From NCBI GenBank assembly GCA_001774555.1, contig MFAI01000018.1:873-60953 (forward strand): 60,081 nt of DNA, given 5' to 3'. Position 1 is the stretch's first letter; every line of letters begins with the position of its first letter. The stretch is from Candidatus Collierbacteria bacterium RIFCSPLOWO2_01_FULL_50_23 (GTDB lineage Bacteria; Patescibacteriota; Microgenomatia; UBA1400; MFAQ01). Position numbers and translations under genes: made by a program. Shown piece after piece: positions 1-7,997 of the stretch. Under the pieces are notes generated by a model that did not search any database, had not been told where the DNA came from, and was given only the letters and a program-made list of their open reading frames with translations.

Positions 1-1609
1 CTGTCTCAATTCGCGATACTTTTTCACCCGTTTTGCCAAGTTCTCCAATCGCGATAATGCTCTTTCTTACATCTTCACCATCCTTAAGAACGGTGAGAGA
101 AACCGCCTGGGGCATCTTATTATCTGCAACATAGTCAGTATCCTCAAAAGGTGTATCTGCTAAAAATCTACCCCGCAAGGCACGTTCGTGATAAAGGCCT
201 TGTTTCAGCTTGTCCACTTGGTCACCTGTCAGAGGATCGTCGATTTTTGCTTCGACTCCCTTTACCGTTAAAGGAGATAAGGCAAGCCCCTTCAACTCAC
301 CAATATATCCCTTGATCTTTGCCAACCTCGGTTTCGATTCACCCTCAAGCGTAATGTAGATGCGTTTTACAGTTACCCCACCACTCAAAGTCTCTTCCCT
401 TTCGACAGCTCTCAAGTTTCCCTTAGTCTCATCATACTCAACCTCAGTTCCATCGTCTTTCTTGTAGATAATGGTACGGAAACCTTCGGTAAATACCCTA
501 GAGCAACCAACATAAATCCTTTTTGCCAAATTTGCAGCAGCATTTCTGGAGCCATCAAAAGAAAAATATCTATTCAAGTAATGGGTCCATGTAAATCTCG
601 CCTCCTCTTTGTAAGCTGCAAAAATTTGGTGAGCAATTGTATAAGCATCGTTTCCAAAACGTGTTCTAAGGTCATCTTCGACTAAGGTTCTGTTCACTTC
701 CGGGTAACCTGTATCGTAATAGTTTTTCTTCAAGCTTTGATTATTTTCTGGTCTTCTCGTATTTGGATTTATCTTAAACAACCGATATTTCTCAAATTCC
801 TTTTGCCAAGGCTGATCAAACTTTGGATCTTTTTCTCCCATTAATAATAAAATCGAGAACACCCTATCAATCTTTTGTGTAGTGAGTGCCTCCGCCCCCT
901 CTTCACCCAAACTATCGATTCCTCTAGCGACACCTCGAGCATCTACCCCTCTTAGCCATTTGTAGTGCGATCTTTCCAAGACGGGAACATTATTTGCCTT
1001 CATGTCATTTACGAAAGTCTCTGCCGCACTACTTCGATCCATGCCCTTCAGAGCACCTTCTTTTATTTCCGCCGCCCTCAACAAACACCGTAGCTCTATC
1101 TCAGCTTCTACGGCCGTTTTGACTTCATCCAATTTCGACCCCAGTTCCCGCGGAAAAAGATCTCTTGCAGCAAAACCCTTTTTGGGATCAAACCCCAACG
1201 AGGCTCCAACCTTATCGTAAACAGCCTTCAGGGTAAGATCGCCGGGACTGCTGGCAATACGAACTATCTCCCTAGCCCTCTTTCGGAAAAATAAACGGGC
1301 CTCTTTTTCACTTATTGGAACAGTCTCGGGTCCAGATGCCATTTCCGGCTCAGTAGTTATTTTTGCAAGGATAGAGTCTCTGGCCGCTTTTATCCTTCTA
1401 TATTCTTCGATTTCACCAGTGTCCATCGCTACCCTCAAGGCTGCTTCCGTTGCCTCCAATGCAAGCTTGTAAGCCTCCGGATCGTTCAGCTGTCCTGCCA
1501 TCTGAACCCTTGTTTCCCACTTTACACCGCCTCCGCCCGTCAAATCAGTTGGTGGCGCATATTCTATCCGCGGCTGAAAACCTCTTTGTTCTGGTCTCAA
1601 TTCAGGCAT
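1..1609 (-). CDS. large hypothetical protein, N-terminal ~536 codons (gene continues past the left edge)
   Basis: Absent from the ORF track because it has no stop in the window. Hand translation of the minus strand from ATG at 1609-1607 (MPELRPEQRGFQPRIEYAPPTDLTGGGGVKWETRVQMAGQLNDPEAYKLALEA...) stayed open through the ~410 nt checked codon by codon (1609 down to about 1081) and looked open on a quicker read to position 2. No family recognised. Confidence 0.55.
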   Translation of the reverse strand, partial: MPELRPEQRGFQPRIEYAPPTDLTGGGGVKWETRVQMAGQLNDPEAYKLALEATEAALRVAMDTGEIEEYRRIKAARDSILAKITTEPEMASGPETVPISEKEARLFFRKRAREIVRIASSPGDLTLKAVYDKVGASLGFDPKKGFAARDLFPRELGSKLDEVKTAVEAEIELRCLLRAAEIKEGALKGMDRSSAAETFVNDMKANNVPVLERSHYKWLRGVDARGVARGIDSLGEEGAEALTTQKIDRVFSILLLMGEKDPKFDQPWQKEFEKYRLFKINPNTRRPENNQSLKKNYYDTGYPEVNRTLVEDDLRTRFGNDAYTIAHQIFAAYKEEARFTWTHYLNRYFSFDGSRNAAANLAKRIYVGCSRVFTEGFRTIIYKKDDGTEVEYDETKGNLRAVEREETLSGGVTVKRIYITLEGESKPRLAKIKGYIGELKGLALSPLTVKGVEAKIDDPLTGDQVDKLKQGLYHERALRGRFLADTPFEDTDYVADNKMPQAVSLTVLKDGEDVRKSIIAIGELGKTGEKVSRIET

Positions 1610-1676
1610 GTTTTAGGCAGGAAAATAATAACCCATATTCTACGGCTAATTTTAGCACACCCCGACACCCGTCCGA

Positions 1677-2105
1677 TTATTCCTGCAAATCTTTCAAGGC
1701 CGCCGGTCTGATCGTCAGGCTTTTTACCCTCAATAACTCCTCATCGTAAGTAACCAGTTTGCAGCCTAGTTGTTTGGCTAAAAGTATATATTGGGCGTCG
1801 TAAGCCGTTAGGTCATATTTATTAACCAAAATCCCCAGTCGTTTCAAATCTGCTTTTTTCAAATCAACAAAAATAATCTTCGAATCCGCCAGCCTCCCTA
1901 AAATTTTTCTGAACACCACCATCTCTACTTTCTTTTTTCTCGCCAAAACATTGGCTATCTCCACTAGCATGAACAAAGGCGCATAGGCCTTAATTTCCCC
2001 CAGCTGAATTGCCTCCCAAACACCTTGAGACTCGGATACGGCCGTCTCGTCTTTCAATGGGAACCATTTGAGGGCAACACTGGCATCAACAATTAATTCA
2101 AGCAT
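1677..2105 (-). CDS. vapC: PIN-domain toxin (VapC family)
   Basis: 142 aa. N-terminus MLELIVDASVALKWF has the conserved acidic residue of PIN domains. The size is typical and it overlaps the upstream small antitoxin ORF by 8 nt. Confidence 0.8.
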   Translation of the reverse strand: MLELIVDASVALKWFPLKDETAVSESQGVWEAIQLGEIKAYAPLFMLVEIANVLARKKKVEMVVFRKILGRLADSKIIFVDLKKADLKRLGILVNKYDLTAYDAQYILLAKQLGCKLVTYDEELLRVKSLTIRPAALKDLQE

Positions 2106-2346
2106 TATCTCTGTCCCTATCCTCCCTAAGTGCCTTAACTAAATCAATTTGCAACCCAGATTTACCAACTTTGTCAAACAAAGCGAAGTCTCTCTTTATT
2201 TGTTCTTCGACCGAAAGATGTTTTTTGATAGGCTTGATTTTTTCCACGACCACCCTGCTCAAAGACTTTCGTTGTCTAAAAGCTTCGGCCCTCAACTCCT
2301 CGTGTAAGTCATAGGGAAAGGTAATTGTGGCTCTGACTGTTTGCAT
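2098..2346 (-). CDS. vapB: ribbon-helix-helix type antitoxin (VapB-like)
   Basis: TITFPYDLHEELRAEAFRQRKSLSRVVVEKI resembles an RHH/CopG N-terminus. The ORF track starts at 2367, but the predicted promoter overlaps that ATG, so the ATG at 2346 (MQTVRATITF) is preferred. Confidence 0.6.
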   Translation of the reverse strand: MQTVRATITFPYDLHEELRAEAFRQRKSLSRVVVEKIKPIKKHLSVEEQIKRDFALFDKVGKSGLQIDLVKALREDRDRDNA

Positions 2347-2354
2347 ATATTCAT

Positions 2355-2383
2355 ATATTATCACCATGGTGCACTGGTGTCAA
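2355..2383 (-). promoter_or_regulatory. sigma70-type promoter of vapBC (TTGACA-N17 with TG-TAATAT)
   Basis: Minus strand reads TTGACA (plus 2378-2383), a 17-nt spacer ending TGA, then TAATAT (plus 2355-2360). The -10 box ends 8 nt before the ATG at 2346. Confidence 0.5.
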
Positions 2384-2443
2384 TTAAGAACAACTTGGGA
2401 CTCCTGTAAAACAGAGGTCTAATTAGCTATACTTAAATCAGGA

Positions 2444-2483
2444 CCCGCCTGCAAAAGCTGTAGCTTTAGCTACTGCGGGCAGG
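2444..2483 (-). repeat. palindromic repeat element, copy A (intergenic, upstream of the T4SS-like cluster)
   Basis: Plus strand cccgcctgca-aaagctgtagctttagctac-tgcgggcagg. Its reverse complement is CCTGCCCGCA...TGCAGGCGGG, identical at both 10-nt termini to the copies at 17426 and 45460. Inner hairpin gtagc/gctac. Confidence 0.75.
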
Positions 2484-2506
2484 CCAATTACTCGGGTCTT
2501 ACTGCT

Positions 2507-3310
2507 ATGGCAATCGAACAGCACCCCATCCCCCAAGACGTCGCCGGCTACAAATTCCGTCTCATCGGCGAAATGACCGTCAAACAATTTATCTGGCTCG
2601 CCGGAGGTATCATTTTGGGCCTCATTACCTTCAGTCTCCCCCTACCTTTCTTCTTCAAATACCCGCTTACCGGTATCTTCGTCGCTCTGGGAGCCGGTAT
2701 CGCCTTCCTCCCCGTCGAAGGCCGCCCCATGGACAAATGGCTCATTGCCTTCATCAAATCTGTTTACTCACCCACCGAATATACCTGGCAAAAAAGCGAG
2801 GGGGTGCAAGGCCAACCTAGTGTCACCACCGCCAAAATTACGCCTCACGTCGTCGTTCCGGCGCCCGCAACTAGACCGGCGGCACCTGCTCCGGTAGTCA
2901 CCGTCGCTACTCCAACACCAATCGCTCCAACTCCGGTAGCTCCAACTCCACCGGTAGTCACCCCTGCAATTCCAACAGCTCCAAAACCCGTTGCCCCGAC
3001 TCCAGCCGCCCCCGCTCCCTCCGGTAATCTTCCTATTCCCTTTACCCCCACGACCCCCAATACGCTGGTCGGGATGACCCTCACCGCCGAGAGCAAGATT
3101 CTCGACGGTTGCCTTGTCGAGATCAAAAGCAACGGTGTCAGCATTCGCGCCACCAAAAGTAATCAGTTGGGCCAATTCCTCTTTGCCAAACCACTCGAAA
3201 ACGGGAACTTTCAGATCTTCACCGAGAAGACTGGCTATACTTTCGATACCTACTCGTTAACTCTTACCGGTCAGATCGTCAAACCATTACGACTCCAAGC
3301 CAAACCATGA
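2507..3310 (+). CDS. PrgI-family (VirB3-like) membrane protein with Pro-rich linker and C-terminal beta-sandwich (carboxypeptidase-regulatory-like) domain
   Basis: N-terminus HPIPQDVAGYKFRLIGEMTVKQFIWLAGGIILGLI plus two hydrophobic helices matches the PrgI pattern. Then comes a (A/T)P-rich stretch, then GMTLTAESKILDGCLVEIKSNGVSIRATKSNQLGQFLF...GNFQIFTEKTGY. Confidence 0.65.
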   Translation: MAIEQHPIPQDVAGYKFRLIGEMTVKQFIWLAGGIILGLITFSLPLPFFFKYPLTGIFVALGAGIAFLPVEGRPMDKWLIAFIKSVYSPTEYTWQKSEGVQGQPSVTTAKITPHVVVPAPATRPAAPAPVVTVATPTPIAPTPVAPTPPVVTPAIPTAPKPVAPTPAAPAPSGNLPIPFTPTTPNTLVGMTLTAESKILDGCLVEIKSNGVSIRATKSNQLGQFLFAKPLENGNFQIFTEKTGYTFDTYSLTLTGQIVKPLRLQAKP

Positions 3311-3684
3311 ACAACAAAAAACAACAAAAAATCACTGTAAAGGGTGTAGAGATCGTAACTTTTAAGAAAAATGAGTCCGATTTTATTTCTCTGACGGATA
3401 TCGCTAAATACAAGGGTGCCGCGGAAACAGACGATGTAATTAAAAACTGGATGAGAAATCGAAGCACTATCGAATTCCTAGGCCTGTGGGAAAAATTGAA
3501 CAATCCCAAATTTAAACCCGTCGAATTCGACGGGTTAAACGTTGCCTTACTCGGCATGACCGCCAAAGACTGGCGAGATAAAAACCCGAGCCCACAATCA
3601 ATGCGTTTAGTCCAACTCAACCAAGTTGCCATAATCCAAATGCAATCTTTACTAGACAGTAGTAGCGTGAAAAAATTGAAATGA
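3307..3684 (+). CDS. KilA-N domain protein, internally deleted or truncated remnant
   Basis: ISLTDIAKYK...VIKNWMRNRSTIEFLGLWEKLNNPKFKPVEFDG is the KilA-N N-terminal signature. It joins directly to LNVALLGMTAKDWRDKNP, which in full-length (~270 aa) relatives lies ~110 aa further on. ATGA overlaps at both ends. Confidence 0.65.
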   Translation: MNNKKQQKITVKGVEIVTFKKNESDFISLTDIAKYKGAAETDDVIKNWMRNRSTIEFLGLWEKLNNPKFKPVEFDGLNVALLGMTAKDWRDKNPSPQSMRLVQLNQVAIIQMQSLLDSSSVKKLK

Positions 3685-4379
3685 GTAACGTCAAGGCCAG
3701 CACCCAAGAACAGCTCGATATCTATACCATCAAGGACCATCTGGTCTATCTCAAGGACGGCTCGGTCGCCCTGGTGCTCCAAACCACCGCCATCAACTTT
3801 GGTCTCCTGTCTGACGAAGAACAGGATGCCACCATTTACTCCTACGCCGCCCTGATCAACTCCCTTTCCTTCCCTATTCAGATCCTTATCCGTTCCCAGA
3901 GAAAAGACGTTTCGGAGTATATCGAGCTCCTCGACGACCGGATTCAAAACGTCGCCTCCCAAAAGATCAAGGAAACCATCATCAGATACCGTCAGTTCAT
4001 CAAGAGTTTGGTAAAAGAAAACCGCGTTCTCGAAAAGCGTTTCTATGTCGTTGTTCCCTTTTCGACGATTGACCTTGGCATTACCACCGGCGCCTTCAAC
4101 CCCTTCGCCGTCGCGCCCCAGAAGCCTCCTTTCGATCTTAGCTACGTCGGGGAAAAAGCCATGCTCGCCCTCTATCCAAAGCGTGACCATCTCATCCGTC
4201 AATTCGCCCGCATCGGCCTGAAGGCCCGTCAACTGACCACCGCCGAATTGATCAGCCTCTTCTATAGCACCTACAACCCTGAGGCCAGCACTTACGCTTT
4301 TCAGCAGGCTCAGGAAAAAGAAGGTCAGGGAAAAACGATCGTCCAACCAAAACCGGAAATTAATTTACCAAAAAAATAA
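3681..4379 (+). CDS. hypothetical protein of the T4SS-like cluster (possible stand-alone VirB4 N-terminal-like domain)
   Basis: 232 aa, translationally coupled on both sides. The pattern NFGLLSDEEQDATIYSYAALINSLSFPIQILIRSQRKDVSEY resembles the N-domain of TraC/VirB4-type ATPases. No Walker motifs. Confidence 0.4.
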   Translation: MSNVKASTQEQLDIYTIKDHLVYLKDGSVALVLQTTAINFGLLSDEEQDATIYSYAALINSLSFPIQILIRSQRKDVSEYIELLDDRIQNVASQKIKETIIRYRQFIKSLVKENRVLEKRFYVVVPFSTIDLGITTGAFNPFAVAPQKPPFDLSYVGEKAMLALYPKRDHLIRQFARIGLKARQLTTAELISLFYSTYNPEASTYAFQQAQEKEGQGKTIVQPKPEINLPKK

Positions 4380-4380
4380 T

Positions 4381-7300
4381 ATGGCATTACCTTTTTTCAA
4401 CAAAAAATCAGCTGCGGCTCCTACCCCCCCCGCAGGCCACAATCCGCTTCCCACTTCTCCCGCCGGACAGATAGCTTCACCTATCCCCACCGGCCCTCTG
4501 ACCAACCACCCAACACCCTCCGGCAACTCAACTCCTGCTGAAATTACCAACATCCAAGATACTATCGCTCCTCCGGCAATTGAAGTCGACTTTTCAAGTC
4601 TGAAGATCGGCGACACTTATCTTCGCACTCTTTTTATCGTCGGTTATCCCCGCTATGTTTCCGCTAATTGGCTTTCTCCCCTCATCAACTTCAATCACTC
4701 CCTTGATATTGCTATGTACATTTATCCTACCGAAAGCAAGGGCACTCTCGACCAACTTCGTCGCAAAATTGCTGAAATGGAAGCTGAGATTAGCTCCGAT
4801 ATCCAACGGGGCCGTCTCCCTCAAGCGGCTACCCAGGCGGCTCTCGAAGACGCCAAATCACTACAAGAACAGCTCGTCAAAGGCATCGAGCGTTTCTTCC
4901 AATTCTCGCTTTACGTCACTATCGCCGCCGAGTCCATCAAGGAGTTAAATACCATCACCCAGCAAGTTCAAAGCACCCTCGGTTCGCTCCTCATCGTCGC
5001 CAAGGTCGCTTCCCTTTCCATGGAAGACGCTTTCAAGACCACGCTCCCTTACTGCAAGGACAAGCTCCTGATTACAAGAAATATGGATACCACTGCTCTC
5101 TCAACGACCTTTCCCTTTACTTCATCCGAGCTTTCCGATAACAAAGGCATTCTCTATGGCATCAACGCCCACAACGAATCTCTGGTTATTTTTGACCGTT
5201 TTTCACTAGAGAATGCGAATATGTTGGTTCTCGCAACTAGCGGAGCCGGGAAGTCTCTGGCCTATAGTGATGAAGTGTTTATCAAGAATGCGGCAAACGA
5301 GGTCAAGAGAGCCAAAATCGGTCCCCTAGTCGAAAAAATAATCCAACGAAAAGGTTCAATCAAACTGGAAAAAGATATTGAAGGTAATCTCTGTCCGGGA
5401 ATAAAGGTTTATTCGTTTGACCCAAAAACACTCAAGGGAGGTTGGTCTGCCGTTACGGTCGCCGCCCGCAAGAAATCACCCAAGAATCTATATCACTTCA
5501 CCACCAAGTCCGGCCGAGAAATTACCACCACTGCTGATCACAATCTTCTTACCCTCAAAGACACCAAAATCAATGTCTCAAAAGGGTCAGCGGCCAAAGT
5601 CGGCGATTATCTCCCCCTTCCCCGCCAGATTCTTGAATCAACCTCCTCTACTTCCAAACATTCGCTAGAATACTATTCTTTGCTTGGCTACTATACAGCA
5701 GAGGGTTGTCATACAACTAATAGTGTTCGTATTTCAGCCATGAATCCACAAATTATCAATCATGTTAAAAACCTCTGCGGTAAGCTGGATTATAATTTCT
5801 CTCTGTTATCAAACCATGGTCAAATTAAGGGGGTTTCGATCAGATCAAAATCTCTGATCAGGAAACTAAAGCTTGAAAAATGTGCCGGTAAAGCGGGAAC
5901 GAAGAGAGTACCCTCAATTCTATTTGCCGAAAAAAACGAGCTGAAAGCCGCCTACTTACGCTCATATTTTAGTGGTGATGGTTGCGTCGAACAACACGAA
6001 GTTACTTGCGTTACCAAATCAAAGGGTCTAGCCTCCGATCTCTCCTACCTCCTCTATAACTTTGGCATCATTGTTCGAATCCACCCCAAATTCAAAAAAG
6101 CCACCAACACTAAACACATTGGCGACATCTACTGCCAACTCACAATATCCGGCCAAGACAACCTCAAGAAATTTGCCAAACAAATTGGTTTCAACCTTGA
6201 TTACAAAAACCAGAAGCTCCAAAAACTACTCGGAAAAATTGGCAATCCCAATGCTGATATCATCCCAAACCTCCAAAAGTCCTTCAAAAAAATCTATTCG
6301 ACCCTCTATAACTCAAACAACAAGGCTCCCCAACGGCTGATTAACATCAAGGACGGTTTCTATAATCCCACTCCAAAGGAGCTCCTCAAGGTAATTGATG
6401 AGGTCAAACCGAGACTAAAAGAAATTGAGAACGAAGCTGAAAATATCTTTACTTTGCTCAAACTTCCTCAATGGCAAGACCTGGCTCTGGAAGGATCAGT
6501 CAAAAAATCACTAAACAAAAAGCTTTGGCAAAACCTTGGTCAAACCTGGCGCATTATGAAAAAACGCCAGGTCGCCCCCCAAATAAATACGGTTCTAAAA
6601 GTCTATGAAACTCTCCATGGGCCAGTATTTACAAAAGAACAAATATATGGAGCCATTAACCACTCTTTCAAGACCCTTGGTCTATCGCTTGGCGATTTTG
6701 ACAATACACTCTGGAACGCCGTCACCCAAACCAATGCCAACACTATTTATGATCGTGTCTACAAGGCAAGCCAGTATCTTTTAAGACAATATCTAAAATT
6801 GCAGGATAAAATTAAAAAAATAGAGGACATTCTTTCAGACATCTCCACACTTGCTAATTCAGACCTCTTCTGGGATCCAATCGAGAAAATCGAAAAAATC
6901 AAATCCCGTCATCCCCACGTATATGATCTGACCGTCAATAATCAGGTCTTTCTGACTGGTCATGGTGGAATGTTCGTTCACAACTCCTATTTTGTGAAGT
7001 TGGAGATCATGCGCGCATTGATGTTTGATACCGAAGCGATCGTCCTCGACCCCGAGAACGAGTACGAAATGATTGCAAAGGCTATTGGCGGTAATTACAT
7101 CAATTTTTCATCTTCTTCCCAGAATAAAGTTAATCCTTTCCAGATCGCCAACGTCAGCGACAGCACCGAGGATGAGATGGGCTACAAGTATCTCTTCCTC
7201 CAATCGCTCCTGAAGATTATGTTGGGTCAGATGTCTCCAACCGAGGATGCGACCCTAAATCGCGCCTTGGTCCTCACCTACCGCCAGAAAGGTATCACCG

Positions 7301-7995
7301 AAGATCCCTCAACCCATACCCTCGAGGCTCCCCGTATGGAAGATCTCTATCGCTCCCTCATTGGCATGGAAGATGAAAGCGCCAAAAATCTTTCCGCCCG
7401 CCTCGAAAAATATGTCATGGGTGCCGTCAAAGGCATCTTCGACCAACAAAGCAACATCTCCCTCGATAGCAAGGTCACCGTCTTCACCCTCCGCGAGCTC
7501 GCCGATGAGATCCGCCCTATTGTCATGTTCATCATTCTTGATTACGTCTGGACCAAGGTCAGAAAAGATCTCAAACGCCGGCTCCTCATTGTCGACGAGG
7601 CTTGGTATCTCATGCGCTACGAAGACTCAGCCAAGATCCTCCAGGGTTTTGTCAAGCGCGCCCGCAAGTATTATCTCGGCGTCACCGTCATTTCCCAAAA
7701 CGCCGACGATTTTCTGACATCTCCATATGGCAAAGCTATCGTCACCAATAGCGCCCTGCAGATGCTCTTCAAACAGTCTCCTGCTGCTGTTGATCAGGTG
7801 GCCGACGTCTTCTATCTTTCCCAGGGCGAAAAACACATGCTTCTCTCTGCCGGCGTCGGCGAGGGACTTTTCTTTGCCGGTCAAAACCACGTCGCTGTTC
7901 GAGTCATTTCTTCCCCCGATGAGCACGCACTCGCGACCAGCAAACCCACCGAAGTCATCGAACGTCAGAGACAGGCTTCCCCTGATAAACTATAG
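4381..7995 (+). CDS. virB4: VirB4/TrsE-like type IV secretion ATPase, interrupted by an intein (about 627 aa after splicing)
   Basis: Walker A is LATSGAGK|S...|SYFVKLE, split by the insert. Walker B is RRLLIVDEAWYL. The C-terminal FVKRARKYYLGVTVISQN is typical of VirB4/TraC ATPases. Confidence 0.85.
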   Translation: MALPFFNKKSAAAPTPPAGHNPLPTSPAGQIASPIPTGPLTNHPTPSGNSTPAEITNIQDTIAPPAIEVDFSSLKIGDTYLRTLFIVGYPRYVSANWLSPLINFNHSLDIAMYIYPTESKGTLDQLRRKIAEMEAEISSDIQRGRLPQAATQAALEDAKSLQEQLVKGIERFFQFSLYVTIAAESIKELNTITQQVQSTLGSLLIVAKVASLSMEDAFKTTLPYCKDKLLITRNMDTTALSTTFPFTSSELSDNKGILYGINAHNESLVIFDRFSLENANMLVLATSGAGKSLAYSDEVFIKNAANEVKRAKIGPLVEKIIQRKGSIKLEKDIEGNLCPGIKVYSFDPKTLKGGWSAVTVAARKKSPKNLYHFTTKSGREITTTADHNLLTLKDTKINVSKGSAAKVGDYLPLPRQILESTSSTSKHSLEYYSLLGYYTAEGCHTTNSVRISAMNPQIINHVKNLCGKLDYNFSLLSNHGQIKGVSIRSKSLIRKLKLEKCAGKAGTKRVPSILFAEKNELKAAYLRSYFSGDGCVEQHEVTCVTKSKGLASDLSYLLYNFGIIVRIHPKFKKATNTKHIGDIYCQLTISGQDNLKKFAKQIGFNLDYKNQKLQKLLGKIGNPNADIIPNLQKSFKKIYSTLYNSNNKAPQRLINIKDGFYNPTPKELLKVIDEVKPRLKEIENEAENIFTLLKLPQWQDLALEGSVKKSLNKKLWQNLGQTWRIMKKRQVAPQINTVLKVYETLHGPVFTKEQIYGAINHSFKTLGLSLGDFDNTLWNAVTQTNANTIYDRVYKASQYLLRQYLKLQDKIKKIEDILSDISTLANSDLFWDPIEKIEKIKSRHPHVYDLTVNNQVFLTGHGGMFVHNSYFVKLEIMRALMFDTEAIVLDPENEYEMIAKAIGGNYINFSSSSQNKVNPFQIANVSDSTEDEMGYKYLFLQSLLKIMLGQMSPTEDATLNRALVLTYRQKGITEDPSTHTLEAPRMEDLYRSLIGMEDESAKNLSARLEKYVMGAVKGIFDQQSNISLDSKVTVFTLRELADEIRPIVMFIILDYVWTKVRKDLKRRLLIVDEAWYLMRYEDSAKILQGFVKRARKYYLGVTVISQNADDFLTSPYGKAIVTNSALQMLFKQSPAAVDQVADVFYLSQGEKHMLLSAGVGEGLFFAGQNHVAVRVISSPDEHALATSKPTEVIERQRQASPDKL
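5254..6984 (+). mobile_element. large intein (577 aa) with LAGLIDADG homing-endonuclease domain, inserted in the Walker A P-loop
   Basis: Block A SLAYSDEVFI (Ser1), block B TTTADHNLLTL, LAGLIDADG motifs LLGYYTAEGC and LRSYFSGDGC, block F HVYDLTVNNQVFLTG, block G GMFVHN followed by +1 Ser. Removing it restores GAGKSYFVKLE. Confidence 0.85.
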
Positions 7996-7997
7996 CT

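Noticed and set aside
2870-3010. Tandem-repeat-like DNA (gctccaactcc units), and similarly 35790-35825 (accccaactcct units)
   Set aside because: These are short codon-level repeats encoding AP/TP linkers, not independent repeat elements or CRISPR-like arrays.
2768-3175. Gly/Arg/Trp-rich minus-strand ORFs (135 and 103 aa)
   Set aside because: They are the antisense reading of the (A/T)P-repeat linker of the PrgI-like gene, which is a compositional artefact.
3279-4346. 355-aa ORF on the minus strand
   Set aside because: It is antisense to two well-supported plus-strand genes (KilA-N remnant and the 232-aa cluster protein). It has low-complexity, family-less sequence and no start signals. It is a shadow ORF.
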